A DNA stretch of 64,000 bases from an uncultured Bacilli bacterium (GCA_944363635.1 CALVUP010000001.1:16235-80234); one strand, 5' to 3'; shown: positions 18,684-27,696, numbered from the stretch's first letter. The notes: a model not told the origin generated them from the sequence alone. Program-made: numbers and translations.

Positions 18684-19784
18684 ATGAATAAGTATATGAA
18701 AGTAATGTTTGGTACTACATCAGGTGCTAAAAACAATCTAAATTATAAGATTGATGAAATAAATATCGCAGACAATTGGAATCCTCGTGCAAATCATCCA
18801 TCCAAAATGGGAGGCTTTAATTTTAGTACAGAAGATAAAATATTTAGATGGCTTATTCGTGGCGATACAATTTATGACGTTATTATCCCAAGTGATTCTG
18901 AAGTAATCAATTGTCCTAGTGAGTCAGCACCTAATGGAGTCTTTAGAAGTAATAAAATAATCCTTCATAATCCTAGAGCTGTTACTGATGATTTGGCGAT
19001 GGATTTGTATATAAAATCAGATTTACCAGAAAAATCTTATTATAAAGCTTTAATAGGTTGCGCTATTAGAGGATATAGAAACACTTGTTTAAAAGTGATT
19101 CGTGATCGTGTAAACAAAAAGAATATTGATCTTGTTTTAAGTGAGGTTAATGATTTTATTACCCCATATAGAAGCAGTGGTGCTGCTAAAAGTGGTATTG
19201 AAGTTTACAATGAAGTTATGCAATATTTAGAGGAAATAAAATCTGATTTATTGATCAGTCGATTTATTGATAAAAATCCCTATATAAAAAAGATAACAGA
19301 TGATAAAGTGATTAATTTAACTGGAGAGTCTGGTAGTGGTAAATCCTATTTTAGTAAAAGATATTTAGAAGATGATCAATATATTGTTATTGATACAGAT
19401 GTTGTATTTGGAAAAGGAAAATCCAATAATAAAGAGAGTGTAGAGTTACGAGAAGTGTTTAAAGACAAACCAAAAGATGTCTTGATTTCTGACTTTGATT
19501 ACTGTTATTTGAAGATTCTCAATCATTTTAAAGGCTGTAAGAAAACAATAGTTATAGATTCTGCTCAATATAGAAATATAAAAGATTATTCTATTTTAAA
19601 AGGGAAAGTCATTGTAATAAGAACCAATATTGAAACTTGTTATGAAAGATGTCTAAATAGACGGAAAGCGATGACTAAAGATTATACGAAAGAAGACTTT
19701 CAAAATTATGCGAAGAGAAAGATGGCGATGTTTTCGTGGTATAAAAGATTAAATGAATTTTTGTTAAACGTTGATAAACGATAA
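18684..19784 (+). CDS. two-domain protein: unknown N-terminal domain plus P-loop kinase-like domain
   Basis: Walker A 'LTGESGSGKSYF' near residue 215. Downstream 'VIDTD...DSAQYRN' resembles AAA_33/zeta-toxin/PNK-like kinases. N-terminal 200 aa unrecognised. Confidence 0.5.
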   Translation: MNKYMKVMFGTTSGAKNNLNYKIDEINIADNWNPRANHPSKMGGFNFSTEDKIFRWLIRGDTIYDVIIPSDSEVINCPSESAPNGVFRSNKIILHNPRAVTDDLAMDLYIKSDLPEKSYYKALIGCAIRGYRNTCLKVIRDRVNKKNIDLVLSEVNDFITPYRSSGAAKSGIEVYNEVMQYLEEIKSDLLISRFIDKNPYIKKITDDKVINLTGESGSGKSYFSKRYLEDDQYIVIDTDVVFGKGKSNNKESVELREVFKDKPKDVLISDFDYCYLKILNHFKGCKKTIVIDSAQYRNIKDYSILKGKVIVIRTNIETCYERCLNRRKAMTKDYTKEDFQNYAKRKMAMFSWYKRLNEFLLNVDKR

Positions 19785-19942
19785 GTATTGAAAATATTTC
19801 AATAAAGTAAAATGCATATATTATGAATCAATAAAGAAAAAAATAGCAATACATAAAAAATAGTTTTCATAATTGTACTTGAATAAAATATAGTTTTCAT
19901 ATATAATGAATATACATGAGTCTAGAGATAGGAGGACATTGT

Positions 19943-20560
19943 ATGCAAAGTACAATTATTGCTTTATTAAATAAATATGGATATTTTGGAATTTTTTCTT
20001 TAATTGCGATTGAAAATATTTTTCCTCCAATTCCTTCCGAAGTTATATTAACTTTTGGTGGATTTATGACGACATATACGAGTATGAATTTATGGTTGGT
20101 TGTTTTATTTTCTACTTTAGGATCTTTAGTAGGGGCGATTGTTTTATACTATATAGGTAGAATTTTAAATAAAGAAAGATTAATTAAAATTGTAAGATCA
20201 AAAGTAGGAAAGATTTTATGTTTAAAAGAAGAAGACATTGAAAAAGCAGATCATTGGTTTGATACAAAGGGAAATAAAACAGTGTTTTTCTGTCGATTTG
20301 TACCTATTGTACGAAGTTTAATTTCTATTCCTGCGGGTATGAGTGAAATGAATATGTTTAAGTTTCTTGTTTATACAACTTTTGGTAGTTTGATTTGGAA
20401 TTTTGTATTGGTATTTTTGGGAAGTAAAGTTGGTAGTAACTTTGAAAAAATTGTGGATGTTATAGATAAATATTCTTATATTACTTTGACATTTCTTGTA
20501 ATTTTATGTATAGTATTTATAGTGTTCTTAATTCGTAGAAAGAAGAAAGAACAGAAATAG
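19943..20560 (+). CDS. DedA/SNARE-associated family membrane protein
   Basis: 'FGIFSLIAIENIFPPIPSEVILTFGGFM' DedA signature. AGGAGG RBS at ATG 19943. Confidence 0.7.
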   Translation: MQSTIIALLNKYGYFGIFSLIAIENIFPPIPSEVILTFGGFMTTYTSMNLWLVVLFSTLGSLVGAIVLYYIGRILNKERLIKIVRSKVGKILCLKEEDIEKADHWFDTKGNKTVFFCRFVPIVRSLISIPAGMSEMNMFKFLVYTTFGSLIWNFVLVFLGSKVGSNFEKIVDVIDKYSYITLTFLVILCIVFIVFLIRRKKKEQK

Positions 20561-20562
20561 TT

Positions 20563-20636
20563 TGCCCCATAGCCAAGCGGTAAGGCGCTGGACTCTGACT
20601 CCAGGAGCGTTAGTTCGAATCTAACTGGGGCAGCCA
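20563..20636 (+). tRNA. tRNA-Gln (anticodon CUG)
   Basis: Hand-folded. U1:A72 pair with G73 discriminator typical of tRNA-Gln. D-arm identical to B. subtilis tRNA-Gln. Anticodon loop cuCUGac. TTCGAAT T-loop. CCA encoded. Confidence 0.8.
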
Positions 20637-20639
20637 CAT

Positions 20640-20715
20640 GCCGAAATAGCTCAGTTGGTAGAGCAGCTGTCTCGTAATCAGCAGGTCGTAGGTTCAAGTC
20701 CTATTTTCGGCACCA
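20640..20715 (+). tRNA. tRNA-Thr (anticodon CGU)
   Basis: Cloverleaf gccgaaa...tttcggc-a-cca. D-arm gctcagttggtagagc. Anticodon loop ctCGTaa. Close to Bacillus tRNA-Thr. Confidence 0.85.
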
Positions 20716-20801
20716 GAAGAGTTTAATCTAAACATTTAGGTGTTTCGGATAATTTATAAATAGAACTTGTCAAAAGTTCTTTTTTATGCTATTATGAATA
20801 T

Positions 20802-20930
20802 GTCAAGGGAATTTGCATAAAATAAAAAAGGGAACATTCAGTTTCGTCAAGTTGAATGTCTACCTAATAAATTGCCTTATGGCACTTATTCAGCGACACT
20901 TATTCTAACGAATGAGTGTCATTTTTTTAT
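20802..20930 (+). ncRNA. candidate antisense RNA of TA-like locus C
   Basis: TTGTCA (20767-20772), 17 nt, TATTAT (20790-20795). Same 5' hairpin family as locus B. Terminator gacacttattc/gaatgagtgtc plus T7 at 20895-20930, with compensatory changes relative to locus B. Confidence 0.35.
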
Positions 20931-21011
20931 TACGACTATCATAATGATAAGGAGAAATAAAATGATAGTAATGAGCTTAAGAACTTTTATTATAAAAGCC
21001 TTAGTTTTCAT
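20919..21011 (-). CDS. candidate type I toxin-like peptide, 30 aa (locus C)
   Basis: GGAGG RBS. MKTKAFIIKVLKLITIILFLLIIMIVVIKK. 5' UTR 'accagttgttgagt' conserved with locus B. Confidence 0.55.
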   Translation of the reverse strand: MKTKAFIIKVLKLITIILFLLIIMIVVIKK

Positions 21012-21395
21012 CTTTATCAAACCTCCTCTCTATAAAGATTAGAGGTAGATACTCAACAACTGATATTCCCTATAAAAAGTATACTATTGAAGGCCTTAAA
21101 AAACAAGCAAACTACTATAATTTTAATAAAAATATTTTATAGCAAAATTTGTTATATTAGTGTTAGAATATTGCTGAAAATTATTCACTATTGTAAAAAT
21201 GTATGATATATTGTTACTGTACTAAGATGATGGTACTGATTTAATCTTGGGTTCAGTATCTAATCCCCTCAAGGCACCAGATTGATAATAAACTCGAACT
21301 TTACTACAGAAAACAATCTTTTGAGATTGTTTTTTTATGTTATAATTAAAAAAGAGAAGTATCCCATAAAACAATACATAGAGGATGTGATTTCT

Positions 21396-21989
21396 ATGTC
21401 TAAAATATCCAATGTAATTACAATGTTACAACTTTTAAGTACAGGAAAGAAATATAGTATTAAAGAATTATCGTACTCCTTAGAAGTAACCGAAAGAATG
21501 GTAAGAATTTATAAAAATGAATTAGAAAAAGCAGGGATTTATATTGATACTATTATGGGTCCATATGGTGGCTATGTACTTAGACAATCCATTAATCTTC
21601 CTATTATAAAATTACAAGAAAGTGATTATCAAGTATTGGATTCTTATATTCAAAAAGAAAAGGATAAAAAGAAAAAAGAACGCTTATTAGAGCTACAAGA
21701 TAAAATGAAAGGGATAGCATTTATTAACAAATCGAGTGTAAATTTAACCGGGGATACACTAGGTAAATACAATTGTTTAACTAGAGCGATTAAAGAAAAA
21801 AGAAAAGTAAAACTTTTATATACCTCTTATCAAAACGGTATCAACGAAAGAATTATTTGTCCTGCTTCTATGTTTTTGTTTCAAGATGGCTGGTATTGTG
21901 TTGCATTTTGTGAGCTAAGAGGGGATATGCGACAATTTGATCTAAAAAGAATTATTGAATACAAATTATTAGATGAAACGTTTATATAG
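21396..21989 (+). CDS. HTH plus WYL-domain transcriptional regulator (YafY/BrxR-like, short form)
   Basis: wHTH 'IKELSYSLEVTERMVRIYKNELEKAGIYID' then WYL-like core 'VKLLYTSYQNGINERIICPASMFLFQDGWYCVAFCELRGDMRQFDL'. Start trimmed to ATG 21396. Confidence 0.55.
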   Translation: MSKISNVITMLQLLSTGKKYSIKELSYSLEVTERMVRIYKNELEKAGIYIDTIMGPYGGYVLRQSINLPIIKLQESDYQVLDSYIQKEKDKKKKERLLELQDKMKGIAFINKSSVNLTGDTLGKYNCLTRAIKEKRKVKLLYTSYQNGINERIICPASMFLFQDGWYCVAFCELRGDMRQFDLKRIIEYKLLDETFI

Positions 21990-22041
21990 ACGATATATTA
22001 CCTACTTAAGTATTACTATATAGTTAAGAGGTGATTTTTTT

Positions 22042-22953
22042 ATGAGTGAAAAAAAAGAAGTTGTTTTTGAATTATTAATCGATAGAGTACTAGATGGACT
22101 AGAAAAAACCGATTCAGAAAGAATAAATTTTATTTTAAAAAATATAAAAGGTCCAACTCTTGTTACAGGAGTAGGGGGTTCCAGTGTAGTCAGTACTTAT
22201 CTAAGTAAGATTTTAGAAGAAAAAAATGGGATTGTTGCTATAAATAAGGAACCAAGAGATATACTTTATATGAATACAAAGCCTTATAAAAATATTATTT
22301 GTTGTAGTTATAGTGGAGAAAACTATGGTGTAGAGCTATCGTTTTCAAATAATTTAGAGCATTATTTATTTTCAAAAAAGCAAAGAGATGATGTTCATAA
22401 CTTAACCTATGTGTGTGATGAGGAAAAGAGTTTTATTTCCCTTTCTGCTACTTTATTACCTATGGCTATTGCCTTAAATTACCATTTAGATCATAATCCT
22501 AGTTTTATAAAAGAAATACTGATGTGTAAAGAGACTCCTTGCATTAAGAGCAATACTGTATTTGAAATTATGAGTGGATATGATACTTCCACAGCTTCTA
22601 CTTTTTTAGAAAGCACTTTAACAGAATCAGGAATTGCAATTCCCATCGTTCATGATAAATATGCTTATTGTCATGGAAGAAGTACAATAAGCTATAAAAA
22701 TAACCATTCTTTAATTTATTTAAATACGAATACCAAATTAGATCAACTTTTATTAGAACAATTAAAGCCGTATTATCAACAGATTATACCATTAAACTTA
22801 AAATATCAAGATCCACTGATCAATGATTTTTATTTTACATATCAAAGTATGTTATTAACGAAAGAACTAGCTGCCTTTGTACAAGAGGATTTAGCACATG
22901 TACAATATTCTCCTGTTGTAAAAAAATTATATAAATATAAAGGAGGAATGTAG
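22042..22953 (+). CDS. double-SIS-domain (sugar-phosphate isomerase/binding fold) protein
   Basis: SIS-1 'LVTGVGGSSVVSTYLSKIL...IICCSYSGEN'. SIS-2 'IMSGYDTSTASTFLESTLTESGIAIPIVHDKYAYCHGRSTI', comparable to the second SIS of GlmS. Confidence 0.55.
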   Translation: MSEKKEVVFELLIDRVLDGLEKTDSERINFILKNIKGPTLVTGVGGSSVVSTYLSKILEEKNGIVAINKEPRDILYMNTKPYKNIICCSYSGENYGVELSFSNNLEHYLFSKKQRDDVHNLTYVCDEEKSFISLSATLLPMAIALNYHLDHNPSFIKEILMCKETPCIKSNTVFEIMSGYDTSTASTFLESTLTESGIAIPIVHDKYAYCHGRSTISYKNNHSLIYLNTNTKLDQLLLEQLKPYYQQIIPLNLKYQDPLINDFYFTYQSMLLTKELAAFVQEDLAHVQYSPVVKKLYKYKGGM

Positions 22954-22954
22954 T

Positions 22955-23569
22955 ATGGAAAAAATTGTTTATGTTACTGGAAATTATGGAAAATATTATC
23001 AAGTAAAAAAACAATTTGAACAACACAATCTTGCCATTGGATTTTTTCACTGCGATTTAGAAGAACCTATGATAAATGATATAAAATACATTTCAAAAAG
23101 AAAAGTAGAACAAGCCTATCAACAATTAAATAGACCGTGTTTTGTTGCTGATTCTGGATTTTATATAGAAGATTACCCTAATCATCCAAACTATCCTGGG
23201 GCGTTTGTTAAAAGAAGTGGGGTAGCAAGTAATATAGATCAACTTTTAATGAATATGAAAGATGTCAAAAATAGAAGCTGCCATTTTGTTGATTGTCTAA
23301 CTTTTTATGATGGAATGACATATTATCAATTTTTTGGTGTTAGTGAAGGAACTTTATCTTATGAAAAAAGAGGGGATTTTCAAAAACAAGCCAAATCCAA
23401 TTTATGGTATGTGTTTATTCCAAAAAACGAGACGAAAACACTTGCAGAAATGACAGAAGAAGAAAGAGAACATCGAAAAGATGATCATACATCAGCAACA
23501 GAGCAATTTATAGAATGGTACAAAAGAGAATATAAAAAAAAGTATGTAAAAAGTAAATTTATGATATAA
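22955..23569 (+). CDS. Ham1/ITPase-family non-canonical NTP pyrophosphatase-like protein
   Basis: 'KIVYVTGNYGKYYQV' (GNxxK), 'FVADSGFYIEDYPNHPNYPGAFVKRS' and 'LAEMTEEEREHRKDDHTSA' align with ITPA/RdgB motifs. Starts 1 nt after the upstream stop. Confidence 0.6.
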   Translation: MEKIVYVTGNYGKYYQVKKQFEQHNLAIGFFHCDLEEPMINDIKYISKRKVEQAYQQLNRPCFVADSGFYIEDYPNHPNYPGAFVKRSGVASNIDQLLMNMKDVKNRSCHFVDCLTFYDGMTYYQFFGVSEGTLSYEKRGDFQKQAKSNLWYVFIPKNETKTLAEMTEEEREHRKDDHTSATEQFIEWYKREYKKKYVKSKFMI

Positions 23570-23600
23570 TTTTTTTAGTAATATATTTTAAGGAGATTGT

Positions 23601-23996
23601 ATGATTAAAGTTTATTTGAAAGATCTTGTGGCCAATGCTATCATTGAAGTGGCCAGTAGAACACAAAGGACTTATGTTACAGGACGAGAATTAAATAATT
23701 ATGGAAGAGAAGTCATAGCAAATTTAAAAACAAAAAACATTCGCGCAAAATTAGAATTGAGTAAAGAGGAAGTTTCTAAATTTAGAAACACATATCAAGA
23801 GTATTTTATTGTTTCTGGAGATGGGTTTCAATTAAATGAAAATAAAAGTATAGAGAATGTAATTGATTCCTTTAGAGGAAACATGTCTTATGAAGTTTTG
23901 CTTTCTTTAGTTGATGACCAAGTTGTAAATAAAAGTTTTAATTTATATTCTCCAAAACAAAAACACCGCATGTTAAGCCGGAAAAATAGATATTAA
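23601..23996 (+). CDS. hypothetical protein, 131 aa, third gene of the operon
   Basis: AAGGAG RBS. No motif recognised. Confidence 0.45.
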   Translation: MIKVYLKDLVANAIIEVASRTQRTYVTGRELNNYGREVIANLKTKNIRAKLELSKEEVSKFRNTYQEYFIVSGDGFQLNENKSIENVIDSFRGNMSYEVLLSLVDDQVVNKSFNLYSPKQKHRMLSRKNRY

Positions 23997-24038
23997 AAAG
24001 ATAGAGTTCTTGGTTCCAAGTTCTATCTTTTTTTTCAA
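23997..24038. terminator. bidirectional rho-independent terminator
   Basis: aaagataga...tctatcttt hairpin with T8 on the plus strand and an A/T run on the minus strand, between convergent genes. Confidence 0.6.
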
Positions 24039-26018
24039 TTAAAATTCTACATATTTCATTGTATTATAAAGTTTGCCATCAATTTCAAGATAAATAGAAT
24101 ATTTACCATGTAGTCCTTCTTCATTAATATATTTTGAAACAACAATGCCATTTTCATTTTCCTCATCTGTAAGAATATCTACACATAGAGCGGTATAAGG
24201 CTTTTTGCTGATTCGTATGTTATAGTATTTGGATATCATATTTTTATATAAAATCACATTTACAGATGTACCTTTTTTAAAACGGCCTTTTACAACGAGA
24301 CGATCAATTTCTTTTTGAATTGATATATCATGACTTGTATAATTTTGATCTATGGTTTGACTTTTCAATGTGGGAGTAAATTTTGTTTGATCTACATGTG
24401 TTTTTCCCAAACTTCCAAGCCTTTTAGCTTGTGTTGGCATAAATTTTTCACTATCTGTGTATAAATTCATTTTTTCAACACGATAGTTGTTTGTTGGTAA
24501 TTTTAATTCAAAAATTACTTGATCATTTAAAAGTTCTACTGTATCGGATAATAACGTTGTATTCTCACTAAATCCAGCAGGTTGATTGGAATTCTTTCCA
24601 TCAACATAAACAATCCCACCAGAGTGAACGATATAATGATTTTTATCTAAATAATCCACATCTGAAATATAAGGGGAATAAAAGGAACTACCTCTTTCTT
24701 TTCCATATTCCCATATTTGTTCAATAGTCATATTCTTGGTATCAATTTTATACATAACACCTCGAGTATAACTGTTTTCAGCGGAAACATAGTCTTCTTT
24801 ATTTTTTGATTTGTTGTTTCCATTATCTAATAAAAATACATAGCCTTCAGGGGTAATCATTGCAGCGTGCTGACTCCATTGCCATTCAAAATCTTTAACC
24901 AAAGAGGTAGGGGTAAAGAAATATTTTTGATATTCTTCGCTCCAATTGGTTGGATCTCCTAAAATCCAATTTAATTTTCCCGTGTTGTAATCAATATTAA
25001 TGACTGCATCTTGATGTCTTCCGGATAAAGTGATAGAATTGGTTTTTTCATCATACCAAACGGAATTATTATGAAACCAATCATAGCTAGACCAATTTTC
25101 ACTTTTTCCATCTTCCATATTTAAAATATCTTTTAAGTCAAAGGTTTTAACAATTTCTCCTGTATTGCGATCAAGTTCGACTACATAATCTTCAACTGTT
25201 CCATATTCATTATTAAAATCATCACTAGCCACTAGCAAATTTCCATTTTCCATTTCAAAATAATCATGATGGTATCCACCAGGCAGAGAGTATTCGGTAT
25301 AAATTTTTCCGAGCAAATCCATTTCATATAAACCACTCATATAATAAGGTTCATTCACTAATCTTTCGGTGCTGACAAGTAAGTGCCCATTTTTTAAACG
25401 ATTGATTTCCCATAATGCATTATTTGTAAAATACCAACGAACATCACCATTAATATCATAAGCACAAGTATAACCTTGACTTGAGGGTGTATAAAAATAT
25501 AATGGATTGTCTAATTCTTCTTTATCTGCATATACTTCACTAGGTAGAACCATATTCTCTGGTAGTGCTTCTGTTTTAATGGATATTTCTTTTTTTATGG
25601 TTTCATCATTTTCTTGATATTCAATGATGACTTTGTTTTCTTGATTAGCATAAAGTCCATAAATAGGTAAATAATGTTCTGTATTTTTTTCAAAAGTGTG
25701 TGTAAACGTCGTATGAGGATCTTTTCCTACAATAGTAACTTTTGGATTAACATCTTGCTTTGTTTCAAATAAAATAAGGGCCGTTAAAGGGGAATTCCCA
25801 TATGGATTTAAAAGAACATTTGGATTTTCAATTGTATATCCATTGATTTTAAAATTATTTTCTTTTTCTTTTTGTTCTTCAATCATACTAGATACTTGCT
25901 TTACTTGTTCATGGTTATTATTTTTTCTATTAAAAAATAAAAAGCAACCTCCTAGTATAATCAGAACAAAGAAAATTATTCCTATAAATATAAAAATTTT
26001 TTTCTTCTTTTTTGACAT
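24039..26018 (-). CDS. membrane-anchored arylsulfotransferase (ASST)-family protein
   Basis: N-terminal TM helix. 'YDWFHNNSVWYDEKTNSITLSGRHQDAVINIDYNTGKLNWILGDP' matches the ASST beta-propeller signature. GGAGG RBS. Confidence 0.6.
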   Translation of the reverse strand: MSKKKKKIFIFIGIIFFVLIILGGCFLFFNRKNNNHEQVKQVSSMIEEQKEKENNFKINGYTIENPNVLLNPYGNSPLTALILFETKQDVNPKVTIVGKDPHTTFTHTFEKNTEHYLPIYGLYANQENKVIIEYQENDETIKKEISIKTEALPENMVLPSEVYADKEELDNPLYFYTPSSQGYTCAYDINGDVRWYFTNNALWEINRLKNGHLLVSTERLVNEPYYMSGLYEMDLLGKIYTEYSLPGGYHHDYFEMENGNLLVASDDFNNEYGTVEDYVVELDRNTGEIVKTFDLKDILNMEDGKSENWSSYDWFHNNSVWYDEKTNSITLSGRHQDAVINIDYNTGKLNWILGDPTNWSEEYQKYFFTPTSLVKDFEWQWSQHAAMITPEGYVFLLDNGNNKSKNKEDYVSAENSYTRGVMYKIDTKNMTIEQIWEYGKERGSSFYSPYISDVDYLDKNHYIVHSGGIVYVDGKNSNQPAGFSENTTLLSDTVELLNDQVIFELKLPTNNYRVEKMNLYTDSEKFMPTQAKRLGSLGKTHVDQTKFTPTLKSQTIDQNYTSHDISIQKEIDRLVVKGRFKKGTSVNVILYKNMISKYYNIRISKKPYTALCVDILTDEENENGIVVSKYINEEGLHGKYSIYLEIDGKLYNTMKYVEF

Positions 26019-26094
26019 ATTTTTTCCTCCTTAATTTCATTTTAAAAAGAAAAAAGAAGAAAAACAATCAAGAAGAAGTTGAAAACTCTCAACT

Positions 26095-26811
26095 TTAGGT
26101 TGAGAGTTCATTGGTACAGCTTTCTTCTAAGGCAAGTGGAATTTTATAAGAAGTAATTTCAGAAGTGGAGTCAATAGCATCAATTTCTAAGTGTAAAGAA
26201 TTTTCTTTATAAATTTTACAAGATTTTTCATAATGATCGACTTTAAAATTAACATTTTTTAAGAATTCTTCTAAAGTGATTGATTTTTTATTTTCATAAT
26301 CATAACGACTGATTTCAATTTTATTTTTTCCACTTGTTTCATATAAAACACAATGAATGGTTTGATACTTATTATTATCATTCCCGCCACAATAAGTAAT
26401 ATTTGAAATATAAATAGAAGATTTTTTATTATCATATGCAAGGCTTCCATAGAGTTTAAAATCATCACATGTAGTGGATAAGGTTTTAAATTCAAATCCT
26501 TTTGATTCACGATTTTGCAAAAGAAAGAAAAGGCCAATCATAAGTACAATGAACAGAATAAGAAGAATTGATCCGAAAAGAATCTTTTTTTTATTTGTGG
26601 GTTTTTCTTTAGCATCTAAGAAGTCATCCAAATTCATATGATTGTCTTTACACATTTGTTTTAAAATAGAAAGATCGGGCATATTTTTTCCGTTTTCCCA
26701 TTTACTGACAGCTTGATAGGTCACTCCATATTTTTCTGCGAATTTCTGTTGGCTTAAATGTTGTTTGGTGCGGATGCTTTTAATAAACTGGGCAATTTTT
26801 TCTTGATTCAT
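26095..26811 (-). CDS. XRE-family HTH regulator with TM segment and extracytoplasmic domain
   Basis: 'LSQQKFAEKYGVTYQAVSKWENGKNMP' HTH_3, then hydrophobic 'ILFGSILLILFIVLMIGLFFLL'. Directly upstream of the ASST gene on the same strand. Confidence 0.6.
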   Translation of the reverse strand: MNQEKIAQFIKSIRTKQHLSQQKFAEKYGVTYQAVSKWENGKNMPDLSILKQMCKDNHMNLDDFLDAKEKPTNKKKILFGSILLILFIVLMIGLFFLLQNRESKGFEFKTLSTTCDDFKLYGSLAYDNKKSSIYISNITYCGGNDNNKYQTIHCVLYETSGKNKIEISRYDYENKKSITLEEFLKNVNFKVDHYEKSCKIYKENSLHLEIDAIDSTSEITSYKIPLALEESCTNELST

Positions 26812-26934
26812 ACTTCTCTTCCTTTCATCAATTTTCTTTCTTTTATTATAACATTCTTTGCTTTAGATAGTAAATAGATTAAAAAATTGGTAATTAAAGA
26901 AAAAATACGTTATAATGAAATTAGGAGGGTTTAT

Positions 26935-27696
26935 ATGTTAGAAAAAAAATATAATGTTTATAAAAACGAAGCATTCAAAGGATGGTTTTATAATCAACAA
27001 GCGCAAGGGTATCAAAGTATCGTTAATTTAGATGAGATTAATGAGTTAATTCTTAAGTTGTCACGTATAGGTATGATTAAATACCCTGATTACAATTATG
27101 ATCAAAAAAAGAAGCAGTTTAAAGTGACCAATGAAAAAGGACTACAGGGATATTTTAATTTTTTATTAGCGAGTGATAAAAAATTACTTCCTTTATTAAA
27201 AGGGTACTACCGTGCCAAAGAAACCATTTGTTTTCAAGAAGATCAAGAATATGACATTAAATTGTCTATAAGAGATCAATCCATTGATGATGAAGATTTT
27301 AATACTCGTGATATAATTGCCAATAGCAATACAGGTGTTATCTATAATTCCTCTTTTATTGGACTAGATGGATTTTATCCAAGTGGAATGACTTTAGATC
27401 AATTGTTGAAAAGGTTTCAAGAGGATGAAAACGGTAAATATGATTATCAAGATTTAAAAACTTGTGTAAAAAATCATGATTGTGATTTACAGTTAAGAAA
27501 ACAAATCTTTGATTTTGCAACTATGCGAATACTAGAAACACCTAAAAATCCGGAAATGGGATACCAAAGAGCAAAACTTTTTGTAGAAGATTTAAATAAA
27601 ATCATACCAAATTTGAAAATGTCTATTGAGGCAATAGGGGAAGAAGTACAAAAACCTATTTCCTTACAAAATAAAAAAAAGGTAAAATCAAAATAA
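26935..27696 (+). CDS. hypothetical protein
   Basis: AGGAGGG RBS before ATG 26935. The track's 26887 start is a TTG extension. Confidence 0.45.
   Translation: MLEKKYNVYKNEAFKGWFYNQQAQGYQSIVNLDEINELILKLSRIGMIKYPDYNYDQKKKQFKVTNEKGLQGYFNFLLASDKKLLPLLKGYYRAKETICFQEDQEYDIKLSIRDQSIDDEDFNTRDIIANSNTGVIYNSSFIGLDGFYPSGMTLDQLLKRFQEDENGKYDYQDLKTCVKNHDCDLQLRKQIFDFATMRILETPKNPEMGYQRAKLFVEDLNKIIPNLKMSIEAIGEEVQKPISLQNKKKVKSK

Noticed and set aside
20476-20697. Minus-strand 73-aa ORF
   Set aside because: Lies entirely across tRNA-Gln and tRNA-Thr. It is the reverse complement of structured tRNA sequence.
21240-21292. tRNA-like 3' fragment 'gggttcagtatctaatcccctcaaggcacca' as a possible att site
   Set aside because: It does not fold into a T-arm or acceptor stem and does not match the 3' ends of the nearby tRNAs. 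No direct repeat partner was found.
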